A stretch of DNA of 64,000 nucleotides from a virus, in the IMG/VR virus record IMGVR_UViG_3300005747_000263, positions 1 to 64,000 of that record; one strand, 5' to 3'. Each line of letters starts with the position of its first letter. Within the stretch, counting starts at the first letter, position 1. This document shows positions 26,003-36,933 of this stretch, one piece after another. The notes beneath the pieces were generated by a model. That model was not told where the DNA came from, did not search any database, and saw nothing but the letters and a program-made list of their open reading frames with translations. A program made the translations under genes and the position numbers.

Positions 26003-26959
26003 ATGGTTAAAGGTATGCACACAGAAGCAGATTACGATGAATTCCTTCAAGAAGTCATTGCCCCTGCTGTAGAAGATTTCAAAATTACGAACGCCGATGC
26101 TCTCATCGGCCTCATGACTTTCCGTCACCCCATCACTCCCGGTCGCGATGGCTTTAAGATTCCGGTCTTGAAGCGCGGCGATGACGTTGTTCAACGTCTC
26201 GGCGAGTTTGGTCGTGCCGCGTACATGAAGAGTGACCGCGATGAACTCGAATTCGCCGCTGAACGCTACGGTATTTCCGTCGCATTCACCGAAGATGCCC
26301 TAGCTCGCGCTCTCGATGAAGGCGTTGTGGACCCCATCCAGAACGAACTCCGCCATGCTCGTCTCTTAATGAGCGACAAGTACGGCGCAACCATCAAAAC
26401 CCCCGTCATTTCTGGCTGGGGTGACGCCGAGGATGCTCCCAAGTACGCCGACCGCACGTTTGCCAACCACAGCCACCTGATTAACGACGGTGGCACTGGT
26501 GACGGTGACCTGCAAGGCGATGCCCAGCATTTCCCTGAGAATGCCGCCAACACTGACGAAGTTCTTCGTCTCTCCACGATTCGTGGAGCCAAGAGCCACG
26601 TTAGCGAACACGGCCAAGCCCCTGACACCATGATTGTCAGCGACTTCGGTCTCAACGACATTCTTACCCTGCTCGAAACCCAAGGTGTCGGTAGCCCACT
26701 GCTCCCTGCCACCATTGAGGGCAGTGTCGGTCGTCTCTACGGTATGAACATTTTCGTCACTCCCTGGATGAATGACAACACGTTCGTTATCGTTGACAGT
26801 CGTCAAAAACCCATTGTGTTCGGTGAACGCGAGTCCCTAGAACTCCGCACGGAACGCAACCTGCTTGAGCGCAAGTGGGATGGTCAAATGATGGCTGCGT
26901 GGGTGTTCGGTATGGTCCACAAGTGGGCCGGTATCGCTGTCACCTACGACTCTCCGTAA
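26003..26959 (+). CDS. major capsid protein (HK97 fold)
   Basis: 318 aa; YG.SVAFTED, PDTMIVS, G.VGRLYGMNIFVTP; strongly biased codon use; followed by a terminator. Confidence 0.9.
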   Translation: MVKGMHTEADYDEFLQEVIAPAVEDFKITNADALIGLMTFRHPITPGRDGFKIPVLKRGDDVVQRLGEFGRAAYMKSDRDELEFAAERYGISVAFTEDALARALDEGVVDPIQNELRHARLLMSDKYGATIKTPVISGWGDAEDAPKYADRTFANHSHLINDGGTGDGDLQGDAQHFPENAANTDEVLRLSTIRGAKSHVSEHGQAPDTMIVSDFGLNDILTLLETQGVGSPLLPATIEGSVGRLYGMNIFVTPWMNDNTFVIVDSRQKPIVFGERESLELRTERNLLERKWDGQMMAAWVFGMVHKWAGIAVTYDSP

Positions 26960-26971
26960 GACTAAAAAATT

Positions 26972-27016
26972 AGGAGCTTAAAACACTCCTTTTCCTTTTC
27001 CCTTTCTCCCTTTTTA
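26972..27016 (+). terminator. terminator after MCP
   Basis: AGGAG/CTCCT hairpin followed by a long pyrimidine tract. Confidence 0.65.
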
Positions 27017-27043
27017 TACCCCTTACGTTGAGAGTGACTTAGC

Positions 27044-27478
27044 ATGGCTTACGACTTTGATACCGATATCATTAATTTCACGCGCTACGATGACGTAGAC
27101 GCACCAATTCTTGCTTGGGCTATTAGGTTAGCTAAGACTATTTATATCTGCGGTAATCCTGCGGATTACGACGAAGACGAAAGTGATGTCGATAATATCC
27201 TCGTCGCCATGTTGGCGAGCGGTTTTATTACGATGTATGCGAACGGTGTTTCCGTTGCAGTTGATTTCTCTCTTGACGAATTAAGCGTCAAGGAGGATGC
27301 CGGTGTTTCTCCCGAAGGTAAATTCTTCGATATGTTTTATCACTGGCTTAACATGTATAAGCGTCGTGGTTGCGCATTACAATATGCAGATGCTACAAGT
27401 TTACTTGCTGTTACTGCTTTCGTCCCAGTTGATTTCGTGAATGACATTATTGCTGTACCGGTTAACGGAGACCAGTAG
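27044..27478 (+). CDS. head-tail adaptor (putative)
   Basis: 144 aa directly after MCP; helical with an FSLDELSV strand. Confidence 0.55.
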   Translation: MAYDFDTDIINFTRYDDVDAPILAWAIRLAKTIYICGNPADYDEDESDVDNILVAMLASGFITMYANGVSVAVDFSLDELSVKEDAGVSPEGKFFDMFYHWLNMYKRRGCALQYADATSLLAVTAFVPVDFVNDIIAVPVNGDQ

Positions 27479-27480
27479 TC

Positions 27481-27861
27481 ATGAGTGAGATTGAGTCTCG
27501 TTTGAGAGAATTAGATAATCGTATTAGTCTATACCAAGGGGACTTGACTTCTTTGAAAGCTACAGTTAGTCATATTGAAGGTAAAGCCGAAGCTATTAAG
27601 GACGACCACCAGAAGCATCTTATTGAGGCCATGGAAGACCGTACTAGAATGCGCGAACACATTCATGATTCGAGAGACCATGAATTAGATGTGCATAAAA
27701 TTTTACATGGTAACGGTAAGCCGGGTCTAATGAGAGATGTTGAAACTAATAAGAATAATATTGATAAGTTATTCTTCCAGATGAAAGTTTCTCACGGAAT
27801 GCTTTTTGGTAATTTACTAGCTCTTACGGTTCTATTGATGAAATCATTTGGTGTACTATAG
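27481..27861 (+). CDS. coiled-coil protein with C-terminal TM helix (lysis/holin-associated?)
   Basis: LHGNGKPGL motif followed by a hydrophobic C-terminus. Confidence 0.55.
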   Translation: MSEIESRLRELDNRISLYQGDLTSLKATVSHIEGKAEAIKDDHQKHLIEAMEDRTRMREHIHDSRDHELDVHKILHGNGKPGLMRDVETNKNNIDKLFFQMKVSHGMLFGNLLALTVLLMKSFGVL

Positions 27862-28062
27862 ATGGCGTTAATCACTAATTTAACGTGGAAGAAATTAATT
27901 TTCGTTGTTCTATTAGTGTGTCCCATGATTTTTGCTTTAATTGCGTATCCATTCTTTTACGTCGAAGCATTGCAACCTGCTATTAGTATTCTTAGTGGAT
28001 TGTTAGGCTTTACTATGCGGGAGTTGTTCGAGACGGCTAAAGACGGCAAGGGGGAGCTTTAG
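27862..28062 (+). CDS. two-TM membrane protein (holin-like)
   Basis: 66 aa; two hydrophobic helices and a charged C-terminus. Confidence 0.5.
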   Translation: MALITNLTWKKLIFVVLLVCPMIFALIAYPFFYVEALQPAISILSGLLGFTMRELFETAKDGKGEL

Positions 28063-29853
28063 ATGGGTGTTGACCACTTTGAGACTAATGAAGTCCATGT
28101 TTTAGATACTACTTCTACGAGGGTTAATCCTGCCACGGAGGAGACTCTTCAGGCGGTAGTGGATGCTGTTGATGGTTTAGAACTTAGTGCTGACACCATT
28201 AATATCAACTTAGAGGACCTTGAGACTCTAGTCGCCGCCACAAATGCCGCCATAGCCTCCCTGGAGGCCGCTAACGACCTTTCTGGCGACGATGTGGTGT
28301 CTGCTATCCAAACGGCACAAAGTGCCTTAGAAGCCGCCCTAGGGGCCCTACAAGCCAGTAACGAGACACATTCCGACGAGGAGCAAGCGGCTATTGCTTC
28401 TTTGGAAGCCGCAGTGGCCGCGTTCCACACTGCCTTCGATGTGCGGGACCTCGCCACGGAGACTACCCTCGCCGACCTCCTCGCATCCACGGGTGATGAA
28501 ACCGATGCCGAAGCAACGGCTGACGGTTCAGTCATCGCTATCCTGAAGCGCATTCGAACGCGCCTCGACCAATCCATCACGGACTTCAACGCGGAAGACT
28601 TCGCGTCGGAGACCACTCTCGGCGCATTCAAAGCTGCAAACAATGCAGACATTCAGGCCCTCATTGCGGCCAACGACATTTCAGGTGACGATATCGTCAC
28701 TGCCATCCAAGCCCTCGAAGCGGCCAGCGATGCCTCGGGCGATGACATTGTCACGGCAATCAATGACTGTTGTGTCACCATCGAAGCAAGCCTCACTGCA
28801 ATCGAGGCAAGCGTTGACGCATTCAAGGCCGCCTTTGATGCCCGTGACTTGGCAACTGAAACAACGTTGGCGGATGCACGTGATAACATTGAGGACATTC
28901 GTGCCCGGTGGGTGGGTGGCTACAGCACTTCGGTTGGTGATGGTCACAGTGGAGGCGGCGCTCTTCGAACTGAGGGGCACAACTACGGCTACAACGGCGC
29001 CGACTGGGACCGTTTGCGCTCAAGCATTGCGAACGGCCTTGAAGTGGATGCCACCATTCTTCGTAGCGCCCCAACGATTGAGAGTGGGTTGAGTGATGTC
29101 GAAACCTCTGTCGATGAACTCAAGGCCCAGAATCTCACCAAGCACGACTCCATCATCTCGGAGTTGCAGGACGTTGAAGCCGACATTGAGGCATTCAAGG
29201 CGGAGGCTCACGCCGATTCGCTTGACACGCAAGCCGCAGTGGACGAACTTAAGGCAGTCAACCAAGCCGAATTCGACGCAACACAAACCCTGCTCCAGAC
29301 GGAGTTCGATGAGACTCAAGCTGCAATTGTAGCAGCCTCTGCTCAGAACGGTTTGGACCTCCAAGATGTGGAGGATGCCGTTGATGAATTGAAGGCTGTG
29401 AATCAGGCAGAGTTTGATGCAACCCAGGCTCTACTGCAAGCAGAGTTCGATGCCACTCAAACCCTTCTACAAACTGAGTTTGACGAAACCCAGACTGCCA
29501 TCTCTAACGCTTCCGCTCAAAACAGCGCCGACCTCCAATCCATCGAGGACAATCAGACGGATGGCTCGCAAATAACTCAAGTCATCCTCCCTACACTTGA
29601 AGAAGCAATGAAGGTCAAGTTGGACTTGACGTACAAGTGGAAGAGTGCCAAGACTATTGTTGGTACAACTAAGACAACTTACACGGCTTCCGCGCCGGTT
29701 GGGACCGCAACGAGTGCCGCGTTGTGGGTAGTGGTTCGTATCATTGAAGACCTCGCCACAGGTGACTCCCAGATTGAAGGTCGCGCTAACATTGCTTATG
29801 ATAATCGCGCCGACCCCACGATTGACGGTGAAGCGGCATGGGAGGCATTGTAG
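28063..29853 (+). CDS. acidic coiled-coil repeat virion protein (fibre/whisker-like)
   Basis: Internal repeats ANDxSGDDIVxAI, RDLATETTLAD, AVDELKAVNQAEFDATQ. Confidence 0.65.
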   Translation: MGVDHFETNEVHVLDTTSTRVNPATEETLQAVVDAVDGLELSADTININLEDLETLVAATNAAIASLEAANDLSGDDVVSAIQTAQSALEAALGALQASNETHSDEEQAAIASLEAAVAAFHTAFDVRDLATETTLADLLASTGDETDAEATADGSVIAILKRIRTRLDQSITDFNAEDFASETTLGAFKAANNADIQALIAANDISGDDIVTAIQALEAASDASGDDIVTAINDCCVTIEASLTAIEASVDAFKAAFDARDLATETTLADARDNIEDIRARWVGGYSTSVGDGHSGGGALRTEGHNYGYNGADWDRLRSSIANGLEVDATILRSAPTIESGLSDVETSVDELKAQNLTKHDSIISELQDVEADIEAFKAEAHADSLDTQAAVDELKAVNQAEFDATQTLLQTEFDETQAAIVAASAQNGLDLQDVEDAVDELKAVNQAEFDATQALLQAEFDATQTLLQTEFDETQTAISNASAQNSADLQSIEDNQTDGSQITQVILPTLEEAMKVKLDLTYKWKSAKTIVGTTKTTYTASAPVGTATSAALWVVVRIIEDLATGDSQIEGRANIAYDNRADPTIDGEAAWEAL

Positions 29854-30008
29854 TGCCGCTCAAACTCGCCGCAGTCTGCGTGAATTGCTCCGATGGCGCA
29901 AGCCCACCCATGGCTTTCTCTAGCAATTTGGATGCAACCCAACACCTCACGGATAACCCATACCACATCATTGTCAGTCGCGCACTTATTCATGAGGAGG
30001 AAGAATAG
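29853..30008 (+). CDS. 51-aa C2H2-like zinc-finger protein (not in ORF track)
   Basis: GTG start after GGAGG; MPLKLAAVCVNCSDGASPPMAFSSNLDATQHLTDNPYHII...; fills the gap exactly. Confidence 0.6.
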   Translation: MPLKLAAVCVNCSDGASPPMAFSSNLDATQHLTDNPYHIIVSRALIHEEEE

Positions 30009-33000
30009 ATGGCGAACTACAAGGGTGAAGCCTACTGCACTTCCACAAACCTGACAGGAGCGGTTCACTTCAAACTCACCACGGACTCGGGTGGCACTTT
30101 CAGCGGTACTCGTGCCGACCGAAGCACTTGGGAACTGAACGCAGGGGCATCCGTCACGCTCTACTTCTACCGTGGAACCACGGGGACTCTCCCTCCCGCT
30201 CTACCGGATGGTGACGGCGGGGACTTGGTGAGACTCCGAGTCTATCATGAAACGGGCACGGGCACGCTCGTCCGTGAATTATTCACGGGGACTTCACCAC
30301 CAGCGAACGGTACGTCATACACATTCTATGCAACCAGCAATGGTCTTATAGGTGGCTCCCCTCGAGCCGGTACCCTTCGGCTACGCATTGAAGCCATCCA
30401 ATCCGGTGAATTGCTGGACAACTACAACATCGACAGTGACACGCAAGACCAAGGTGTCCTTCGATGCAATCAAGTCACTCCAGACACCAAACTCGTCCAC
30501 GACGGCTACCCCAGCGGTTCCACTTACGCCATCGGTCCAGCCAGCACTGAGAGCGTCGGCATCACATTCACCCACGACCCACCCTTCGGCACTGGCGCGC
30601 ATCAAGACATGCGCATTGATGTCCTTGATGCGGGGGCGGTTCAATTCGCGGGAACCCAACAAGACTTGGTGGGTACATCATCCACGCTGTCTGTCCCCGT
30701 GAACACCGCGAACTTCGACGACACCAGTAAAGCATACGGCCTCCGAGTCACGCCCATTGGTGCGGCGCTACTGCAACCAACCAGTGAAGGCTCCATGCTG
30801 TGGTGTCGCTTCGGGTCAGGCACGGGTACGACGCAGAACGGCAACTCCGTTGAACGCGCAAGTGGTGTATTCAACGTTGACCCCCGCGTCACCGTCCCGT
30901 CCCCGACCCTGTCTAAGTCCCTCCACAACCGAGGCGACAGCACGACAATTGATTACAACGTCAGGAACGCTCGGAATGAAAACCTCACTCGCTCCCTGAA
31001 CTACGTCCTCAAGGACAGCGGTGGAACTACACGCAAGAGTGGCTCCGACAGCGGCGCGAACTACGACATTGACTACACCATTGGCTCCGCAGATGCGGCG
31101 GCCTTTGACTTTGTCGGCTCCCAATGGACGTTCGAGACGAGCAACTCTGAATTCACTACTGTCACCTCTAACGCCTACAGGGTCAGCCGCAAGGTGATGA
31201 TTGGTTCCGGTGTTGGCTCCAATAATCTTTCAATTAATACGAACTTCGAGGTATACAATCGCGGTGAGACCGTCACCTATGACTTCTACGTCAGCGCCGC
31301 CGATGGCACTGCCTACACGCGCACCGTTACCGCCGAAGTCCACAACACAGCACACGGCGTCGAGAACCAACGCAGTGAATCCAACGGCGACGGGCACTTC
31401 CAAGATTCCTATGTTGTTGCCAGCGGTGATACTGCGACGGGTGACCAAACGGGCTCATTAAAGCACATTGAGATTGACCCCAACGGCACGGGCGGTAACA
31501 GTGCCGACGCGTCTGCCGCAGAGTGGGGCGTAAGCACCCTTCGCGTCATTCACAGCACAGCAACACTTCCCAGTGGCAACCCCGCCAACGCAGACAACAC
31601 GGTGTCAATCGTTACCACGACGAGTGACGACGGTGGGGGTGGCGACCGTTCGCTACTGAATGTCCTTGAGACGGCACAGATTGACTACTACCTTTATGGG
31701 GTTCGAGGACAGGCGTGGCCCTTCAGTTTTAACAGTCGCATCATCGCAGCCGATGGCAGCACCGACTTTACGGATGTCCGCACTCCCAGTGGTGCTGGTC
31801 TCGTGTCCTACACGCGCACGATGGCGAACGGTGTTGAATCCGCATTCGACCTCGTTGGTGATGCCAAGCACATTCGCGCCGACAGCAGTGACTCTAACGA
31901 CACCGTGAACAGCGCCGATGCCGCCGCCGTATCAAGCAAGATTCTCATTGGCTCCGCCGCTGGCCTTGATGACGGGGACCTCGTCATTGAAGTCGGCTCC
32001 GTTGGCAGTGGCGACGATGCAACAATGAGTGGCGTCTACCCCACCGCCATCTTCAACCGTGACAGTGGCGAAGCAGACGTTGCCATCAGCACCTACCTAT
32101 CCTACGCCCGTCTCACCAAGTATGCCAATCAAACAGTGAGCAGTGCAGTCCACTCCGATGTTCACGGTGTGGAAGATTCGCAGACACCCACGACGGATGC
32201 CAACGGTCTGCTTGCTTACACTTACACCATTGCCAACACCGACAAGGCCACCGCGCACGTTGAGAAATCCACGGGTGGCTACAGTACCCTGCCGACTGGC
32301 TCGCCCAAACACCTCACCATCACGGACGGCGACAACACTACCATTGACAGCGACGAAGCGTGGGGTGTCACGAAGCACCTATGGGTGGATGTTCACGACG
32401 AGCGTGAGGAACCTCTCAATAGGGACACATGGAACCCCGCTGACCCCAGTGATGGCTCCGAGAACGCAGAGGAAGAACCGTTCCAATACGTTATTCTTGG
32501 TGATACTCTCAAGGTATGGGCTCATGTCATGTCGGTTCGCCTCGACCGCGAAATCGAGACATGGGATGGGGACACAGGCTCCTATCCAGCGAATCGCGCA
32601 GTGCGTCTCCGCACAATCAAACCCAGTGGTTCCGTCAACGCCACCATGCTCACGGACACGGGCATTGATGGCTGGACGAGTGGCGTGGACGAAGCCGAGA
32701 CCGGTGAACTCAATGGCGCCACAGACCCAATGGTTGTTGAGGAAACCTACGAGACATTCTCTAGCGGTACCGACCAAATCACATTGACTGGCGTGGATGC
32801 CGTGAAGGGCAACCGCTACATCATCTTCTCCAGCAACGGCTCCGCACCCGTAGACATCACGGGCATCACTGGCATGGGATTCACTTGGGTCCAAGTCGAT
32901 GCCCAAGAATCTACTAATAACAGTGGTCGCTTGGAGGCTTGGATTTCCGAAGGCGCATTCACTGGTGCTGAGAACATCGTCATCGACTACAGTGGCGTGT

Positions 33001-33932
33001 TCCAAGACTGCGCCGTCACCCTCGTCCGTGTTAGTGGCGGTGACGTAAGTGAACCCGTCCTTGACTTCACGGGTGATTCACAGAACGGTAGCTCTTGGAG
33101 CCTCCCCACCTTGACTGGTGACACTGGCACGGGCATCGTCGTCGTGGGTGTGAACGGCAACGACAAAGATACCGTCACGATGTCCGCCCCACTCGCTAAG
33201 GAATCCGACAACCCCGGAGCAGGTAGTGAAACCGCTCTCGGTGTCGGCGCATTCACGGCGCAAGCTGACAACAGCACCAGTGGTTCATTCAGTGCACCCG
33301 GTAGCACTCGCTGGCAAGCTATCGCCGTCAGCCTACGAGCAGGAGACAGCGACGACCCCAACAGTGGTCTCAACTTCAACCGACCATGGAATCAGGAAAC
33401 GGGCAGCATGACTCCCGCTTCAAGCAACTGGCAGGTATGCGCCGAAGTGGATTTCGACGGCAACTCGGGTAGAGCGTGTGACCTCATCACGATTGCGTCT
33501 CCTCTCATCACCAGCAAGGCTCGCATCTTCGCACCGGCAACGGTGTCGCCAGCCGAGACATTCAAGGTCTACGTCGAAGTGCTGGACAAAGCCATCGCCA
33601 GCGGTGAGGTATTCGCCACATTCCAACCCGCCACCCCCGAGAAGCCCCCTGAACTTGGCGGTTTAGTGGTCGAGGAAGACAGTCCAGACTACGTCGATGA
33701 CAGTGTTATTGCTCGTGAGGTGGACAAGAACGGAGAATCCATGAAGAACGTAATCGACGACACAGCCACAGTGAATGGCTCCCTCTACTACCTCGAAGTG
33801 ACGGCTCCCGCGATTCCGGGAACTGTCATTAACTGGTTCGCCGTCGTAGCCCTTGGTGGCGACGCTTTCACGAATGGACAAACCCGCGTGACTGCACCAG
33901 AGTTCAACCCACTAGGAGAGATTTTCGCATGA
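30009..33932 (+). CDS. giant beta-rich multidomain (Ig-like) virion protein / adhesin
   Basis: 1307 aa, Ser/Thr/Gly/Asp-rich; repeated modules (NRG.T....Y, HGVE, Y.I...D.A, KHI, EWGVS). Confidence 0.6.
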   Translation: MANYKGEAYCTSTNLTGAVHFKLTTDSGGTFSGTRADRSTWELNAGASVTLYFYRGTTGTLPPALPDGDGGDLVRLRVYHETGTGTLVRELFTGTSPPANGTSYTFYATSNGLIGGSPRAGTLRLRIEAIQSGELLDNYNIDSDTQDQGVLRCNQVTPDTKLVHDGYPSGSTYAIGPASTESVGITFTHDPPFGTGAHQDMRIDVLDAGAVQFAGTQQDLVGTSSTLSVPVNTANFDDTSKAYGLRVTPIGAALLQPTSEGSMLWCRFGSGTGTTQNGNSVERASGVFNVDPRVTVPSPTLSKSLHNRGDSTTIDYNVRNARNENLTRSLNYVLKDSGGTTRKSGSDSGANYDIDYTIGSADAAAFDFVGSQWTFETSNSEFTTVTSNAYRVSRKVMIGSGVGSNNLSINTNFEVYNRGETVTYDFYVSAADGTAYTRTVTAEVHNTAHGVENQRSESNGDGHFQDSYVVASGDTATGDQTGSLKHIEIDPNGTGGNSADASAAEWGVSTLRVIHSTATLPSGNPANADNTVSIVTTTSDDGGGGDRSLLNVLETAQIDYYLYGVRGQAWPFSFNSRIIAADGSTDFTDVRTPSGAGLVSYTRTMANGVESAFDLVGDAKHIRADSSDSNDTVNSADAAAVSSKILIGSAAGLDDGDLVIEVGSVGSGDDATMSGVYPTAIFNRDSGEADVAISTYLSYARLTKYANQTVSSAVHSDVHGVEDSQTPTTDANGLLAYTYTIANTDKATAHVEKSTGGYSTLPTGSPKHLTITDGDNTTIDSDEAWGVTKHLWVDVHDEREEPLNRDTWNPADPSDGSENAEEEPFQYVILGDTLKVWAHVMSVRLDREIETWDGDTGSYPANRAVRLRTIKPSGSVNATMLTDTGIDGWTSGVDEAETGELNGATDPMVVEETYETFSSGTDQITLTGVDAVKGNRYIIFSSNGSAPVDITGITGMGFTWVQVDAQESTNNSGRLEAWISEGAFTGAENIVIDYSGVFQDCAVTLVRVSGGDVSEPVLDFTGDSQNGSSWSLPTLTGDTGTGIVVVGVNGNDKDTVTMSAPLAKESDNPGAGSETALGVGAFTAQADNSTSGSFSAPGSTRWQAIAVSLRAGDSDDPNSGLNFNRPWNQETGSMTPASSNWQVCAEVDFDGNSGRACDLITIASPLITSKARIFAPATVSPAETFKVYVEVLDKAIASGEVFATFQPATPEKPPELGGLVVEEDSPDYVDDSVIAREVDKNGESMKNVIDDTATVNGSLYYLEVTAPAIPGTVINWFAVVALGGDAFTNGQTRVTAPEFNPLGEIFA

Positions 33933-34465
33933 TTAGTAACGATGAATACCCATTCTGGGCACGATGGTACGTCAATCGCACACTAGAGTCGGATATCACC
34001 GATGTTGACTACGTTATCCAAGAGTACGACCCCGATACAGATGCATTCGTTACTGTTGATTCCGGTAATATCGCTACACGCGATGCGCGTGGACGATGGA
34101 TTGCTCCATTTACATTCCCTACAGATACAGTTAATATCGTATACTACGCAGAGTACACGCCGAACGGTGGGGACCATCCCGTTTTAAGTGAAGAAGTTAC
34201 GACAGACGATGGTGTAGTATTTGCAACACAAGGTGGCGCGGGTACGGAAGAATATTCTGGATGCGTTAAAGATAAATCCGGAGCACCCATTGAGGGTGCA
34301 TTAGTTAAAGCTGTGTTTTACGGTACGGTTAATACTGCCGCGAGTGATTTAACAGATATTAATGGGGACTTTACTTTAACGGGTTTGTATGATGGTGTTG
34401 CGTACACTATTACTGCTAACGCGGATGGGTTTACCGGTAAGATTGCGGATAAGGTGGTTATTTAA
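33929..34465 (+). CDS. virion protein with a carboxypeptidase-regulatory-like (transthyretin-fold) domain
   Basis: SGCVKDKSGAPIEGALV...TDINGDFTLTGL..G..YTITANADGF. Confidence 0.7.
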   Translation: MISNDEYPFWARWYVNRTLESDITDVDYVIQEYDPDTDAFVTVDSGNIATRDARGRWIAPFTFPTDTVNIVYYAEYTPNGGDHPVLSEEVTTDDGVVFATQGGAGTEEYSGCVKDKSGAPIEGALVKAVFYGTVNTAASDLTDINGDFTLTGLYDGVAYTITANADGFTGKIADKVVI

Positions 34466-34933
34466 ATGGTTTGTATTATTCTTGACCCAGTAGGTAATAT
34501 TACTCTTTCGAATCAAGGTGATTCGGTTAGTTGTACTAGAGTTCGTAATATTCTACGCAAGCATATTGTTCGCAATTCTACTTGTCTAACTCGTTCCCGC
34601 AATGATATCACTAAGGATGCTATCGGTAATGTTACTGATATCAGTAAGGATACTTTATTAATTGATTGTATTCCTTTTGACATTTTCTCTTCGTATAATT
34701 TGAGGTCTAGCGGTGTTAGTCGCAAGACTGATACTGGTACGAGTAAGAAGGAGACTCCTCGGTGTTATATCATGTATGATACGGATGTTTTACCGGGGGA
34801 TTATATCTTAGTCGATTACGACACAGACCTCGATACTTGGTCTGCTAAGTATTTGGTTGAGGAAGTTGAGCAGCACCACTTTAAGAAGTGTGTTGTGTTT
34901 AACACTATTTATTTGAAGAAGGTTGAGAATTAA
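34466..34933 (+). CDS. head closure (stopper) protein, putative
   Basis: Position; DVLPGD....YLVEEV beta pattern. Confidence 0.55.
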   Translation: MVCIILDPVGNITLSNQGDSVSCTRVRNILRKHIVRNSTCLTRSRNDITKDAIGNVTDISKDTLLIDCIPFDIFSSYNLRSSGVSRKTDTGTSKKETPRCYIMYDTDVLPGDYILVDYDTDLDTWSAKYLVEEVEQHHFKKCVVFNTIYLKKVEN

Positions 34934-35607
34934 TGCCGTCATTCACTAGTGGTTCCGAAATTACTAAGCCTACTGAGGAGAAGCGTCCTTTCTTCGTATT
35001 CGGTAGACCCGGTAAGTCGCCCCCTAGTGGTATGCGCGGCGCTGGCATGTTCTGGGAGAAGGGTATGCAAGCGGGTATGCAGGGTGCTAGTCGGTTCTTT
35101 GCTAATAAGATTAGTGTTGCGAATCGTCGATTGGAGTCTGTCCAGTACGCGATGAATACGAAGGGTAACGCATCTATTAAGGCTGGTATTGATATTCGGG
35201 CTGTTCAGAATCTTGATATTGAGTTGACTAAGTATTCCCGTCAAATTCCTAAGTTCCTTATGGAATCGTTTGCGGCTTCCACTAGCGTTGCGCACGCGGA
35301 GTTTAGTAAGGCATTGGATGCTAAGGCGTATAAGTTTGCAAACGATGGTGTTAGAAGTTCTGATAAACAGATTCGTAGCACTTCTGATTGGAAGAATGTT
35401 ACTAGTTATGTTGTGTCTCGCGGTGGACGCGGGAGTAATGAAGTGTCAATGAGTATTAATGTTCGCGCAAATGCTACTACTTTATCATTGATGCGCGGTG
35501 CCAACTTTGGCTTAAGGGCCGCAGGTGATGGTGAACAGCCTCGCTTTAGTTACGATGCTGCTGGCAACCCTGTCGCATGGAAGGGTCTTACGGAGAAGAA
35601 TAAATGA
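34933..35607 (+). CDS. neck/tail completion protein, putative
   Basis: Basic protein between closure and terminator genes. Confidence 0.4.
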   Translation: MPSFTSGSEITKPTEEKRPFFVFGRPGKSPPSGMRGAGMFWEKGMQAGMQGASRFFANKISVANRRLESVQYAMNTKGNASIKAGIDIRAVQNLDIELTKYSRQIPKFLMESFAASTSVAHAEFSKALDAKAYKFANDGVRSSDKQIRSTSDWKNVTSYVVSRGGRGSNEVSMSINVRANATTLSLMRGANFGLRAAGDGEQPRFSYDAAGNPVAWKGLTEKNK

Positions 35608-36047
35608 CGATTAAAGAAGATTTCCTTGAAAACTTCAGGGCGGAATTACAGACGGAACTCGACACATTGCTTAGCGGCGAGTCTACCGTTGTTCAAGAAT
35701 TTAACGATGCGGCAGAAGTTTTCCCTACTACTATTGTTAACTTCCAGACCGGTAACAGTCCTTACAGATACGTAGGCGGTCGCAGACGCGCAGTTGTTAA
35801 CATCTTAATTAGCAATTTAGCTATTCGTCCTACGGACTCAAGTCATATCATTACTTGTTCCGATGCAGTTGTTCGTAGCGGTAGAACTCTCGTGGAGTAT
35901 CTCTGCGTTAAGATTTTTAATCATTTAGAGAGATATCAACCGTCTTTCTCGTATGTCGATAATAATGTCGATATGCGTATTAATATGGACTTTGAGGAGC
36001 GCGATGACGTTTACAAGTCCGAAGTCGAATATCAGTTACTAGTTTAA
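35604..36047 (+). CDS. tail terminator protein, putative
   Basis: 147 aa, FPT.IV pattern, directly upstream of the tube genes. Confidence 0.5.
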   Translation: MTIKEDFLENFRAELQTELDTLLSGESTVVQEFNDAAEVFPTTIVNFQTGNSPYRYVGGRRRAVVNILISNLAIRPTDSSHIITCSDAVVRSGRTLVEYLCVKIFNHLERYQPSFSYVDNNVDMRINMDFEERDDVYKSEVEYQLLV

Positions 36048-36084
36048 CATAAATTAATGATATTCGGCACTAGGGAGAATATAC

Positions 36085-36915
36085 ATGGCTAATAAGAAAT
36101 ACATTCATGGTAGCGAACTCCGCATTTACAAGAATGGGGAATATCTCGGTACGTTAACTAGTGCTAGTTTGAATGCAACACAGAATACTATCGACCGTCA
36201 ATATATTGGCGATTACGATACTACCACGATTGCTACTAATAAATCATACGAGGGTACCCTGGACCGGGACATGTTCGATGAATCATTCGTCGAATTAGTC
36301 ATTGGTAATCAAGTTACTTCCTTGTCTACTGTAAGCAATTACACTCTGGACCCCGATACGGTCAAGGCGACCGTTAATTCCGGGTCCGATGAGGATATCT
36401 CGTTCACTACTCCTAATGTTACTGGCTTAACTGTTCAGGCTGTAGTGTTTAACGCCGTGAAAGTTGGTTCTTTTGCTGGCGGCTTGGACATTGAGATTTG
36501 GGAGGGGCTGGCTGGTTCCGGCACTTTGAAGGCTACCTTCAGTTGCGAGGCTGGTGAATTACCGGTTCTGGATAATGAGTTCCTTACGACAACCCTCGAT
36601 GAAGCCGATGAAGTTGCATTGACGGCTAATACCGCTCACACTATTCGATTCACACCTGCTGGCGCTCCCACGGGAGACGTTAACCTTTACGGCAACTCTA
36701 CTGAGACGGAGCCTTATTTCGCTATTCAATACGAAATGGCTACTACGGAGCCAGCCGATTACACTATTGATATTGTATTACCACTGGCTGACGGTTCGGA
36801 AACTATTTTCCGCGCTACGAATATTACTTTCACTTCCAATGGTATCAATATGTCTTCAGGAGAATTAATCACTGAAGCAATGGCTTTCAAGGCCAAGAAC
36901 GTAACTGTTCTATAA
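36085..36915 (+). CDS. tail tube protein 1 (with inserted beta domain)
   Basis: SLNATQNTID..YIG....IATNKSYEGTLD, FTS......GELITE.M.FKAK. Confidence 0.7.
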   Translation: MANKKYIHGSELRIYKNGEYLGTLTSASLNATQNTIDRQYIGDYDTTTIATNKSYEGTLDRDMFDESFVELVIGNQVTSLSTVSNYTLDPDTVKATVNSGSDEDISFTTPNVTGLTVQAVVFNAVKVGSFAGGLDIEIWEGLAGSGTLKATFSCEAGELPVLDNEFLTTTLDEADEVALTANTAHTIRFTPAGAPTGDVNLYGNSTETEPYFAIQYEMATTEPADYTIDIVLPLADGSETIFRATNITFTSNGINMSSGELITEAMAFKAKNVTVL

Positions 36916-36933
36916 TTTGTTGGAGATAAATAA

